Shown: positions 41,678-52,075, counted from the stretch's first letter. The stretch is 64,000 nt of DNA from Nitrosopumilaceae archaeon (GCA_965200155.1 CBDATR010000024.1:128001-192000); one strand, 5' to 3'. Notes: generated by a model from the letters alone, not told the origin. Numbers and translations are program-made.

Positions 41678-41893
41678 CGGAGGCGTCAGGGCGGGAATAA
41701 TGGTGACAAGCCAAAGCCATGTACTGTCCAGGAACGAGGTGCCATGTTCTCAAAGACTTATGGTAGCCGCTATAACGGCGCCCGGAGTGCAGTACATGTA
41801 GATATTAGATCTGATCATGGGGCTCCTGGACGGACGCAAACTCTTGCATTATTCTCACATACCCGCGTATGCAAGAACACCAGCCCAAATTTA

Positions 41894-41985
41894 GTATGAG
41901 TTCACCTGTGTCTAAATTTACGCATAACTGATCGCGACAGTTAATGTGATTTGTGTATAAGATTCCGGAAGACGTGAACTCATAC
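41894..41985. mobile_element. 92-bp MITE inserted into an older degenerate relative (~41867-42057)
   Basis: TSD CAAATTTA; flanks resemble the MITE core (AAATTTACG..CAACTGAT). Confidence 0.93.
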
Positions 41986-42145
41986 CAAATTTACGTACAA
42001 CTGATATCGGTGAATATGAAATGATTACGGGCAAGTGTTCAAACGTGGTACCTTATAAAACAAGGTAGTACGGTAATTTTATAAATAGGTACCAGTTATT
42101 ACATTCATGAGAAGTAGAAGTGGTTCCCGAGCCTTCTTGATATAT

Positions 42146-42289
42146 ATGCACAAGCCGGTTGTGGCATCAACTGCTACAGAGTTGAGTTGCTGCCGATGCC
42201 ACCGTGGCATAGATGATGGGGTGGCCGTATCTGCCAGGAATATGCCAACAGGGGAAGTTCAGTTTTTCTGTGACATGCATTGTCCCTGA
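42146..42289 (+). CDS. Small Zn-binding hypothetical protein
   Basis: CCRC..GI.DG.......FFCDMH; TTTATAAA upstream. Confidence 0.5.
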   Translation: MHKPVVASTATELSCCRCHRGIDDGVAVSARNMPTGEVQFFCDMHCP

Positions 42290-42367
42290 TGGCGTATCCC
42301 CATCAATTATTTACGCGCATTACCCCCACTGCAAAAGTAAAACAATACCGGAGAGCGCTCTTTTCGT

Positions 42368-42532
42368 CTAGTCTATGGTATCCTGAGAACGCGATTCTTC
42401 TAAGTACGCCCGCCGCATCTCGTTTATCTTGTCTTTGTCCACTTGTGGCTCATCCTCCACAACCACTATTCCGTCATCATCCTCTACAGTATCGGAGTTT
42501 CTGGATGCGCGCTTACTGTTGGTGTATGCCAA
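42368..42532 (-). CDS. Small acidic hypothetical protein (54 aa; not in ORF track)
   Basis: TTG-start MAYTNSKRASRNSDTVEDDDGIVVVEDEPQVDKDKINEMRRAYLEESRSQDTID. Confidence 0.5.
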   Translation of the reverse strand: MAYTNSKRASRNSDTVEDDDGIVVVEDEPQVDKDKINEMRRAYLEESRSQDTID

Positions 42533-42587
42533 TTTTTAACCGAAAATAACAATGTGTAAATAAATATTGCGATTAAGAGGTTTATGC

Positions 42588-43517
42588 TCAATAGTGCGAA
42601 AAGTAAGTCCGCTTAGGATCCGGCGTACAGTAGTTCAGATTGCACAAGCCATATGGTAAAGAGAATAACAGAGGAATCAAGACAAGAGGCGTTGTCACAA
42701 CCAACATAGCTCAAGACCTGAAACAAGACACGTACGAAGATTGTGAACCAGAGAACGAGAACGACTCGAGTAAAGATGGGCAGGCCCATGATACCAATCA
42801 CCGCCACCCAGATACGAATGGTAACTGAAGCATACAGCAAGGATCCCGCCGGAGTAGTACGTATTGCAAAGAGACTGAGACAGAATTACAATATATCGCG
42901 CAGTATATCACATAATGAAAAAGAACGGCACGACAGTCTCATCACCTGCAAAGTCAGAGTGGGTACGCTATGAGCGTAAATATTCCAATGCAATGTGGCA
43001 TTGGCATGTCATGAAAGATGAGCGCTTCAGGGGGACTGAATCTCATAGATGATGCATCCAGGTGTATAGTCGGAGCGGCACTATTTGAGCATGCAACCTC
43101 AGAGAACGCCGTTCTATTACTGAGACTGGCAATGAAACGATTCGGCGCCCCAGCATCTCGGATAACGGCGCGTGTTTCGTAGGACAATAAAAGGGCAAAA
43201 AGAACTGGAAACCCACTATTCTAGGAAGAACTGCTGGATCAATACATCATACTAATCAATTCCAGGCCATACCACCCGCAGACAAATGTCAAACTGGAGC
43301 GCTTCCATGGAATGATTGAGGACGAGATATGGTATTATGACAGTCTCCGGGATTATGTAGACTACTACAATGAGAGAAGATTGCACTTCTCACTGGATAG
43401 ATAACGGCGAAACACCACTCCAGGAATAAAAAGGCGACCCAGACAATTAGGGCAAATGATGCAAAATGGATGGAGCGGGATGCCAATGACTAGCGGACCG
43501 ACTTTTCATACATTACA
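42588..43517 (+). mobile_element. Decayed IS481-family element (subfamily 2, 930 bp)
   Basis: Perfect 16-bp TSD ATTAAGAGGTTTATGC (42572-42587 / 43518-43533). Confidence 0.93.
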
Positions 43518-43681
43518 ATTAAGAGGTTTATGCCAACCCTCCAAGCGTCAGAGCATGGCACATAAACCAAGTGAGATCACCCGTGGTTACAGGGTGGTTA
43601 ACATGAACCCATACCCGGAGGTTACCGGCCATAATGAAATGCTCAAGAACTGTATAAATGCAAAGAGTGCACTTACTGAGC

Positions 43682-44071
43682 ATGGTGAGCCAATACACCA
43701 TAATCTTGGGCGTTATCGTGGGCATCATTGGCATTATGGCTGCAATATACGGGCTGGACGTACTCAAGATGTCGGTCTCCGTCCAAGATTATGACATATT
43801 TGTGGATCCAATAATAGATAAGCAGAATCTCTTTATCACCGCCCGCGTTACCATACAAAATACCGGTAGCCAACCGCTCACGAATCTACGGGTAAACTTT
43901 GGGGATGGAGATACACTGGACCTGGAACTTTTAACCCCCGGCCAAAAGATCATAGTCTCGCCACCTCATGACAACTCAATGCAGTTTGTGCAGGTATATG
44001 GCGACAACAACATATTCGTGAGTAAGGAGTATCGAGAGCCACCCAAGATGGTGGGAATGATGGGATCCTAA
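43682..44071 (+). CDS. Membrane-anchored protein with Ig-like (CARDB-like) domain
   Basis: N-terminal TM; VTIQNTG..PLTN..V...L.PG pattern. Confidence 0.7.
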   Translation: MVSQYTIILGVIVGIIGIMAAIYGLDVLKMSVSVQDYDIFVDPIIDKQNLFITARVTIQNTGSQPLTNLRVNFGDGDTLDLELLTPGQKIIVSPPHDNSMQFVQVYGDNNIFVSKEYREPPKMVGMMGS

Positions 44072-44108
44072 ATGCGCGCCCTTAAATGAGCGCCCATCAG
44101 AGTATGAA

Positions 44109-44936
44109 TTGTTGAAGTTTCTAGGATCAGGCAAGGTCAAGGATGTGTATGATGCAGGTGACGGGCTGTTGCTGTTTCGATTCTCCGACAGGGTGTCAGC
44201 GTATGATGTGCAATTCTCCGACACCATACCCAGAAAGGGCGAGGTATTGTGCAAATTTGCCCAATTCTGGTTTGAGAGTTTGGACGTATACAGCCACTTT
44301 GTAAGACGCGTCTCAGATACAGAGATTCTGGTAAGACGTATGGATATGATACCCATGGAGTGCGTCGTTCGCGGATACCTTTATGGCAGCGCAACCGAGA
44401 GATTTCGAAAGAACCAGCTTGTCCTGCCCAATGGTACCCGGGATGTGCTAGCGGCCCGACTGTCGCGACCGGTATTTGATCCTACCACCAAGGCAAAGCA
44501 GGATATTCCCATAAACAAAGACGAGGCAATAAGGAGAGGTCTGCTAACGGCCCCGGTGTATGATCGGCTGGAAGATACATCCATATCATTATACAATACC
44601 ATGTACGATAGGGTAGGAGATGCAGGGTTCCTCCTGGCAGATTTGAAGCTGGAGTTTGGTATGCTGGACGGGAAGATATGCCTAGGCGACTCCATAGGCC
44701 CGGACGAATATCGCATGTGGCGTCAGGACCAGTACTCAGAAGGCAGGTCACAGAATGCATATGACAAGCAGATACTGCGAGATTGGCTTTCGGATAATGG
44801 TTGGGTAGAGAGGTTCAAGGAAGACAGAATAGTAGGCAGAAGTCCCAGCCCGCCACGCATACCTAGTCACATCAGGGACAGTATAACCGCCCGCTATGTA
44901 GAGTCTTATGAGAGTATCACTGGGATTTCGCTCTAG
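44109..44936 (+). CDS. purC: SAICAR synthetase
   Basis: GKVKDVY, SDRVSAYD, IP.KG, ECVVRGYL.GS, PTTKA, LADLKLEFG, DKQILRDWL. Confidence 0.95.
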   Translation: MLKFLGSGKVKDVYDAGDGLLLFRFSDRVSAYDVQFSDTIPRKGEVLCKFAQFWFESLDVYSHFVRRVSDTEILVRRMDMIPMECVVRGYLYGSATERFRKNQLVLPNGTRDVLAARLSRPVFDPTTKAKQDIPINKDEAIRRGLLTAPVYDRLEDTSISLYNTMYDRVGDAGFLLADLKLEFGMLDGKICLGDSIGPDEYRMWRQDQYSEGRSQNAYDKQILRDWLSDNGWVERFKEDRIVGRSPSPPRIPSHIRDSITARYVESYESITGISL

Positions 44937-45207
44937 TCCGAGTCCTTTTTGTAGCGGACCGTTTGGAACTCTCTTTTCGTACCCGGGTCATGACGTCTTC
45001 GTATAATATTTCATGCATCCACTGTGTTATCTCACCCCACAGCGCCCCCAGCGTAGCCTCGTCAGTCCACACAACACTTGTCTTGACTGCGTTTAGTGCC
45101 AGAATGTTCTTGGAGTTGGCATTACCATCCTTGGACCATTTTGCCAGTGTCCGATCACAGAACTCCAGAATGTCACTCTTGCTGGGTGTCAGATCATTTT
45201 CACTCAC
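44917..45207 (-). CDS. Hypothetical protein
   Basis: 96-aa ORF. Confidence 0.55.
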   Translation of the reverse strand: MSENDLTPSKSDILEFCDRTLAKWSKDGNANSKNILALNAVKTSVVWTDEATLGALWGEITQWMHEILYEDVMTRVRKESSKRSATKRTRTRAKSQ

Positions 45208-45472
45208 TGCTTACCAACCTCACGGTATTTCCATGCGTAGTGCTCAATAAATACGGATATGTAAGGCACACAGCAGTCGTTTAGGTCTGGTAATTGAGAC
45301 CCACCAAATGGCAAATCCGGGCACGAATCTGCCCGGTTCATATATGCCAGTGTCAATGTGGAGTGAAATATGACATGGGCCGGTTGCCCAGAACAGGGTT
45401 TGGCTACATCCCTGTATGAGTTCACGTGTTTTGATCATTCACTAAGATGTATGGATTGGTATGACAATATTT

Positions 45473-45564
45473 GTATGAGTTCACCTGTGTCTAAATTTAC
45501 GCATAACTGATCGCGACAGTTAATGTGATTTGTGCATAATATTCCGGAAGACGTGAACTCATAC
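45473..45564. mobile_element. 92-bp MITE replacing the 5' half of the IS66 transposase
   Basis: Left flank is IS66 nt ~59; right flank resumes at GGCGGGTAGGCGTGG mid-gene; no TSD. Confidence 0.94.
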
Positions 45565-46225
45565 GGCGGGTAGGCGTGGCTGGATATGGGGGATGCGGGC
45601 CGAAGAGTGGATGATATACAAAAGTAGGAGTTCATATGTAGTGGACAAATACCTGAACGGTTACCAGGGCGCGATAGTCACAGACAGGTACGCCGTGTGT
45701 TACCGGTTTGATGACGGTGGGAAGCACCAGTTGTGTTGGGCGCATTTATTGCGCGATACCAGTATATTACATGCAGGATTCTATATCGATCCCGGTGATC
45801 AGGACGCCCGGATCAAACTTGACAACGATTTGATCCGGAGCGCACGTGAATCGCTACGTGCCGTCCGCGCAATTACGACACTCATTTGAGGCAGGAGCAG
45901 ATGCATCAGTATTGTGATGTTGATGATACTGAACTGCAAAAGAAGGTAAAAGGATTGAATAAGGCCATACCAGGCATGTTCGTATTCTTAGAATATGACA
46001 GTGTGGAGCCGACCAACAATCCAGCGGAGCAGTGGAACCGGTTCTGATACGCAGTGGTATTCCGCAAGATTAGTGGTCAGATAAAGGGTGGTGAAAGGGC
46101 CATGCGCCGCATGTCCATATGTGTTCAGACATGGAGGGCTCAGGGCCTTTCTGTAATGAACGAGGTTGCTGCCAGCATGCAATTATAATTAAAAAACTGG
46201 GATGCATTCTATCTTATTATGTGAT

Positions 46226-46542
46226 CAAAACACGTGAACTCATACTATTCTATATGTCTCACTGAAAACGTCACTCAACATCGTTAGATACTCTTGCAGG
46301 ATCATGTCATCATCATAGTCCTTGCCGACATTGTATGGTGGCGATGTCACCATCAAATGAACGCATGAATCCGGTATCATTCCCAGACTTGTACCGGAAT
46401 GGTTCAGTATGGTATTGCGGTATGAACAGATATCATTCTCATGCTCTAATGGGTTGGTTTCCATGTTTCTGAACATCTTTCGGGAATAGAAATCACTGGC
46501 ATCATGATTAACACGGTTCGTGCCACCGATATGTGATGCCAA
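46226..46542 (-). pseudogene. Site-specific DNA N4-C/N6-A methyltransferase, N-terminal fragment
   Basis: IPD.CVHLMVTSPPYNVGKDYD...EYL.ML.DVF.ETYR; cut by IS66 IRR. Confidence 0.85.
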
Positions 46543-47746
46543 TTTATGATATCAGTTTGGGCATGTTTTTTAATCTATAACAGTGAGTTCACATGTTTTG
46601 ATCATAAGAAACAGTGTATTGGCTTGGTGTAATGCATTCTATTAAAGACCCTGGTTCTTCCATGTCTGGACTGACATGCGGCGCATTACTATCTGGCCAG
46701 GAATCATTCCCGGAAGAGTATCAGAACCGGTTCCACTGCTCTATTGGTGGGCTCCACATATAGAAATACTAACATGCCCGGTATGACCTTATTCAGTCCT
46801 TTTACCTTCTTTTGCAGTTCAGTATCATTAATGTAGAATGGATTCTGCTCTTACCCCAATTTGCGCGGAAGGTTAGCAGTGATTCCGGTTTACGTCGTTG
46901 TCAAGTTTGATCCGTGTGTCCTGATCACCGGGATCAATATAGAATCCTGTATGTATCGCGCAAATGCGCCCAGCTGGTGCTTCCCACCGTCATCAAACCG
47001 GCAGTACTCCCTGGTAGCCGTCCAGGTATTTATCCACCTTACTGCTTTTGTATGACATCATCCCCGCCATTTCGATCACATGATTCCCTGTAACATGTTT
47101 ACCGCACTCAATATTGGAATCATTCCCACACGTAACACATCCCAAATCTTTGGAACGCCCACGGCTGGTTCTTTGCCGCATATCGGTCTCTATTCTGGCT
47201 GGATTGTTGTTTCCAATCATTCCTGTACTAGATTGGGATTGTGGGGACCAGATACGCGCGAGGCCTTTCTGACTGACTTTCGCTTCATGTAATGGAAGAT
47301 AGTGAGCATTCTCAATATTTGTGATTCCCGCAATTTCTTCTGTTCTTCCAATCTCTCTTCCAATTCACTTATATATTTTTTAATATTTTGAAAATCTTGT
47401 ACATAATTTTGCATTTTTTCTATGGTATGTAATATATCTGCTTCCAATAATCTCACACGTTCCTCGTAATGTGCAATATCTTTCTTGTAATCCTCAAGAT
47501 CTTTCTTGGTAGACGCAAGATCTTTCTTGGTAGACGCAAGGATATCCTGAAGAAGCTTATTTCTCAGTTCCAATTCCCTATAGGTCCGGCGTCTGCCCAT
47601 TCTGTTCTTATTGTAAATTTGGTATTTAAATAAAATATTGTCATACCACGTCAAAACACATGAACTCATACACATCCCTGTCTGAACTACTGGAACCCTA
47701 TACAATGAAAGTGGGTGTGGGACTTTTGTCACAAGGGTAGTAATTG

Positions 47747-48053
47747 GTATGAGTTCACCTGTGTCTAAATTTACGCATAACTGATCGCGACAGTTAATGT
47801 GATTTGTGTATAAGATTCCGGAAGGCGTGAACTCATACCCTTGGTGAGTTCTTCTACTTTTAGCATACCTGGTACTACAAAATTAGATCTTAACTTTTCT
47901 GTTTCACACGAGTCTGTGTTGGAAAACCCATGATGCTAGGTCAATTGCTCATATCTAACAACTTGGTTTAGATGTGCAGGGTGGGAGAAGTGATTCTGCG
48001 CATACAGTCTAATGTGATTTGTGCATAAGATTCCGGAAGACGTGAACTCATAC
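47747..48053. mobile_element. MITE (47747-47838) + IS5 left-end fragment (47839-48010, -) + MITE right half (48011-48053)
   Basis: Outer flanks AGTAATTG/GGTAATTG (7/8 match); IS5 end abuts AAT inside the MITE. Confidence 0.88.
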
Positions 48054-48171
48054 GGTAATTGTGGTATTCCGGGAGCGACCAGTGTGCGCCCCCAGGATGT
48101 AATGCGGTCCATGCAGGCAAGGACTGGAATGTCAATCATAGCAAATCAGGATTTTATACCATTCATATGCC

Positions 48172-49236
48172 ATGGCATGTGTGGGCCTGAAACGATATGT
48201 CATATCCAGAGTGGCAACGCTGTTTGGTGTATTACTGGTTACCCTCCTGCTTACCATTGCGCTTGTGGGCTCCAACATGGACATAATTCTCAAGCAGGGA
48301 GTAGCCATACAGATCAGGCAGGAGATGGCACAGATACCGGAACTGGCTCAGAGATTTGATACTGTTGAGTCTTTTGAGACCTATGTGCAATCGGTGATTG
48401 ATCAGCGCATTGTCCAGATGGGCCTGGACGAGCCATGGTACTCGCCTCAGCGAATAGGGCTCTCCATGTACAAGATATTAGTACTGGACTTTGGACACGC
48501 GTCATTTCTTACCAGTGATGCGGGCTCCACCAATGTGGCCGACATAATATACGAGAAGATGCCCAGGACCATACTACTGTTTACCACTGCTACGGTGATT
48601 ATCTCGGTGATAGGCATATTCTTGGGAGCTCTCTCTGGAAGCAGGGTGGGATCCATACTGGACAGGATCACGTCCACCTTTGCGGTCATAAGCTCTAGTT
48701 TTCCGGTGTGGTGGGTCGGGATGCTACTCATAGTACTGTTTGCGTTTACCTGGCAGATATTTCCGGCTAGGGCCACCCCGCCCATACCCGCGGATGATCC
48801 CAATTACATACCGGCTCTCATATATCACATGACACTACCGCTGATCACCATAGTTTTAATCGGGTTTGGTGCTTGGGCGTATCTGGTGCGCAACTTTATG
48901 GTAGGCGTACTGCAGGATGACTTTATCTTTGCCAAGAAGGCAATGGGCATACCAAAGCGCCGGATAATATACAAACATGCCCTCAAGAATACGGCGCCGC
49001 CCATAATTACAGTTCTGGCGCTCAGTCTGTCAGGGTCACTGGGGGGAGCCATAATCACTGAGGCGGTATTTGACTGGCCGGGCATGGGAAGACTGTATTA
49101 CGAGGCCATTACAGTCATGGACCTGCCAGTCATAATAGGTTCCACATATGTGCTTACGGCATTCTTTCTTGCCAGCATATTTGTGGCAGACATATTGTAC
49201 GGATACTTTGATCCCAGAGTAAGGACAGGAACATGA
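48172..49236 (+). CDS. ABC peptide/nickel transporter permease (DppB-like)
   Basis: SFPVWW.G, HMTLP, AKKAMG.....IIYKHALKN, ITEAVFDWPGMG, DILYGYFDPRVR. Confidence 0.92.
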   Translation: MACVGLKRYVISRVATLFGVLLVTLLLTIALVGSNMDIILKQGVAIQIRQEMAQIPELAQRFDTVESFETYVQSVIDQRIVQMGLDEPWYSPQRIGLSMYKILVLDFGHASFLTSDAGSTNVADIIYEKMPRTILLFTTATVIISVIGIFLGALSGSRVGSILDRITSTFAVISSSFPVWWVGMLLIVLFAFTWQIFPARATPPIPADDPNYIPALIYHMTLPLITIVLIGFGAWAYLVRNFMVGVLQDDFIFAKKAMGIPKRRIIYKHALKNTAPPIITVLALSLSGSLGGAIITEAVFDWPGMGRLYYEAITVMDLPVIIGSTYVLTAFFLASIFVADILYGYFDPRVRTGT

Positions 49237-50591
49237 GTAGTGTATCCACGCCGGAAATATGGAGGGAGTTCATATCCAGCCGAACGGGTATAGTGGGTTT
49301 GGTGGTGCTGTCAGGACTGGTACTTATGTCCATACTTACCGTAGCAACGGTTCCGCTGGAGACATTTCAGAAATGGAGCAACCCAAACAGCTGGTTGCAG
49401 TATCCCAAGACCGCGATGCCCGCATGGATAAACCTGTTTCTGACGGAGAATATACCGGAGCACATGATAATGGACAATCCCCTTTCAAGTACGGATGCAC
49501 TGGGAGACATAACCCTGTACCAGGATACATTCGTATTTGACTACATGTATGACTACTTTCCCGGGGGTTTCATGTATGATCATACCATCCAGTATACTGG
49601 CGCACCACTGCTCAGTATGGTAGTATACAGACCTGACGGCATGGAGATGGAACTACTCTCAAGGCCACTCCCGGTGGGCGGAGGCACACACTCGGACAGG
49701 ATATTCTCCGCGGATGCCGCCATACACAAGAATTTGGAGCTAATGGGTGGGTTTGATTTTGACATAAGAGGACTGCCCTCAGAATCCATAGTATTCTCAG
49801 AGACTCAATCCAACATGCCCCTAAAAGGCCAATATACCTTTGTTGTTAGCGTGTACGGGAATAAGCCTGACATTACCCTGCATAACTCCACGCTGATAAT
49901 TGATGGCAAAGTCTTCGGTGTCATGGGGACCGATGAGCTGCGGAGAGACTTGATAGTAGGATTGTTGTGGGGTACACCGCTGGCACTGTTTATTGGCTTG
50001 GCCGTGGCCATGGGCTCGGTAATAGCCGGTATGGTGTACGGTGTATATGCAGGATACAGGGGCAAGCTTACCGACGAGTCCATGATGAGATTTAATGATA
50101 TAGTGTATGCCTTGCCAGCCCTACCCTTCCTTATCATACTGGCAGTTACAATAAGTAACAGCATATTCCTGATGATTGGATTTCTCATGTTATTTGGATG
50201 GGTCGGCATAGCCAAGGTGTCACGAAGCATGGCACTGCAGATAAAGACCAAGGGATACGTGGAAGCGGCCCAGATGATGGGGCAGCGCCAGCATGTGATT
50301 ATATTTCGACACATAATACCGCAACTTCTCCCCTATGCCTTTGCCAGTATAGCCATATCCGTACCCGCTGCCATTACCACCGAGGCAGGGCTAAGTTTTC
50401 TTGGGCTGGGCGATCCATCATTTCCCACATGGGGAAACATATTGTATGATGCCAACATATTTGGTGCCGCGGCGCGCGGGCTGTGGTGGTGGATAGTGCC
50501 TCCGGGCATGATGATAGCCCTGACTGGACTTGCCTTTGTGTTTATAGGAAATGCACTAGATGCCATCGTGAATCCTCGACTCAGAAGATAG
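49233..50591 (+). CDS. ABC peptide/nickel transporter permease (DppC-like)
   Basis: MGTDELRRD, YVEAA..MG, RHIIP, EAGLSFLGLG, PTWG. Confidence 0.92.
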   Translation: MSSVSTPEIWREFISSRTGIVGLVVLSGLVLMSILTVATVPLETFQKWSNPNSWLQYPKTAMPAWINLFLTENIPEHMIMDNPLSSTDALGDITLYQDTFVFDYMYDYFPGGFMYDHTIQYTGAPLLSMVVYRPDGMEMELLSRPLPVGGGTHSDRIFSADAAIHKNLELMGGFDFDIRGLPSESIVFSETQSNMPLKGQYTFVVSVYGNKPDITLHNSTLIIDGKVFGVMGTDELRRDLIVGLLWGTPLALFIGLAVAMGSVIAGMVYGVYAGYRGKLTDESMMRFNDIVYALPALPFLIILAVTISNSIFLMIGFLMLFGWVGIAKVSRSMALQIKTKGYVEAAQMMGQRQHVIIFRHIIPQLLPYAFASIAISVPAAITTEAGLSFLGLGDPSFPTWGNILYDANIFGAAARGLWWWIVPPGMMIALTGLAFVFIGNALDAIVNPRLRR

Positions 50592-51174
50592 GATGCAGAT
50601 TTTACGCCAAGCCACAATGGAGCATGTAAAAAGATTAATCATTGATATCACCGTACTCAATAGTACGAAAAGTAAGTCCGCTTAGGATCCGGCGTACAGT
50701 AGTCCAGATTGCACAAGCCAGATGGTAAAGAGAATAACAGAGGAATCAAGACAAAAGAGGCGTTGCCGCCACCAAAATAGCTCAAGACCTGAAACAAGAC
50801 ACGTACGAAGATTGTGAACCAGAGAACGGGAACGACTCGAGTAAAGATGGACAGTCCATGATACCAATCACCGCCACCCAGACACGAATGGTAACTGAAG
50901 CATACAGCAAGAATCCCGCCGGAGTAGTACGTATTGCAAAGAGGCTTAGACAGAATTACAATATACCGCATAATGAAAAAGAACGGTACGGCAGGATCAT
51001 CACCTGCAAAGTCAGAGTGGGTACGCTATGAGCGTAAATATTCCAATGCAATGTGGCACTGGCATGTCATGAAAGATGAGCGCTTCAGGGGACTGAATCT
51101 CATAGATGATGCATCCAGGTGTATAGTCGGGGCGGCACTATTTGAGCATGCAACCTCAGAGAACGCCGTTCTAT

Positions 51175-51266
51175 GTATGAGTTCACGTCTTCCGGAATCT
51201 TATGCACAAATCACATTAACTGTCGCGATCAGTTATGCGTAAATTTAGACACAGGTGAACTCATAG
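51175..51266. mobile_element. 92-bp MITE inside IS481
   Basis: TSD CGTTCTAT; terminal base C>G. Confidence 0.95.
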
Positions 51267-51483
51267 CGTTCTATTACTGAGACTGGCAATGAAACGATTC
51301 GGCGCCCCTGCATCTCGGATAACGGCGCGTGTTTCGTAGGACAATAAAAGGGCAAGAAAAGCTGGAAACCCACTATTCTAGGAAGAACTGCTGGATCAAG
51401 ACATCATACTAATCAATTCCAGGCCATACCACCCGCAGACAAATGGCAAACTGGAGCGCTTCCATGGAATGATTGAGGACGAG

Positions 51484-51507
51484 GGGACTCTTATTTAAGA
51501 GTCCAAT
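51484..51507 (-). repeat. 24-bp REP-like hairpin insertion (also at 16256-16279)
   Basis: GGGACTCTTATTTAAGAGTCCAAT flanked by GAG/GAG; absent from the IS481 copies at 18168 and 42588. Confidence 0.85.
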
Positions 51508-51756
51508 GAGATATGGCATTATGACAGTCTCCGGGATTATGTGGACTACTACAATGAGAGAAGGTTGCACTTCTCACTGGATATAGATAACGGCGAAACA
51601 CCACTCCAGGAATAAAAAGGCGACCTAGACAATTAGGGCAAATGATGCAAAATGGATGGAGCGGGATGCCAATGACTAGCGGACCGACTTTTCATACATT
51701 ACAACTGTGTTCAAAATATCATAAGACTTATACGTATAACACAGACTCTTGGTATT

Positions 51757-52071
51757 ATGATTAACCTCAAGATGTATTTTATTATTTTGGGGTGCTCACT
51801 AGCTCTTAGTATTGGTTTGCAGATGATACTACCCTTCCCGTATGGGTTGGGGGTAACGCTGGCCATATTTGTATTGGTTCCCATACTGCTTCAGCGAAGG
51901 TTTAATCGTATGGGTGCCAGATCACCGGGTGCAAGAGGTGGACTCTTTGGAATGGGCCGCTCTCGCATGGGTTCCCCAGAAGTAACATACTCCTGTCTGG
52001 TATGTAACAACAAGTACAAGGGCGGTTCATGTCCTCGTTGTGGTTCAAAGATGAAACGGGCTGACTTTTAG
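51757..52071 (+). CDS. Membrane protein with C-terminal Zn ribbon
   Basis: Two TM helices; YSCLVC......CPRCGSK. Confidence 0.7.
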   Translation: MINLKMYFIILGCSLALSIGLQMILPFPYGLGVTLAIFVLVPILLQRRFNRMGARSPGARGGLFGMGRSRMGSPEVTYSCLVCNNKYKGGSCPRCGSKMKRADF

Positions 52072-52075
52072 CGAC

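Larger units (their letters stand above)
40211..41774 (+). mobile_element. tnpB-only element bounded by 24-bp TIRs with terminal TA
   Basis: TATAGCGCCCACCATAAGTCTTTG (40211-40234) vs CAAAGACTTATGGTAGCCGCTATA (41751-41774), 22/24 complementary. Confidence 0.78.
45414..47671. mobile_element. Apparent composite transposon: IS66 (45414-46225, +) / MTase fragment / IS66 (~46581-47671, -)
   Basis: Outer ends share TSD ACATCCCT (45406-45413 / 47672-47679). Confidence 0.82.
50657..51703 (+). mobile_element. Decayed IS481-family element (subfamily 2) with MITE and hairpin micro-insertion
   Basis: Same ends as other copies; no matching TSD. Confidence 0.92.
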
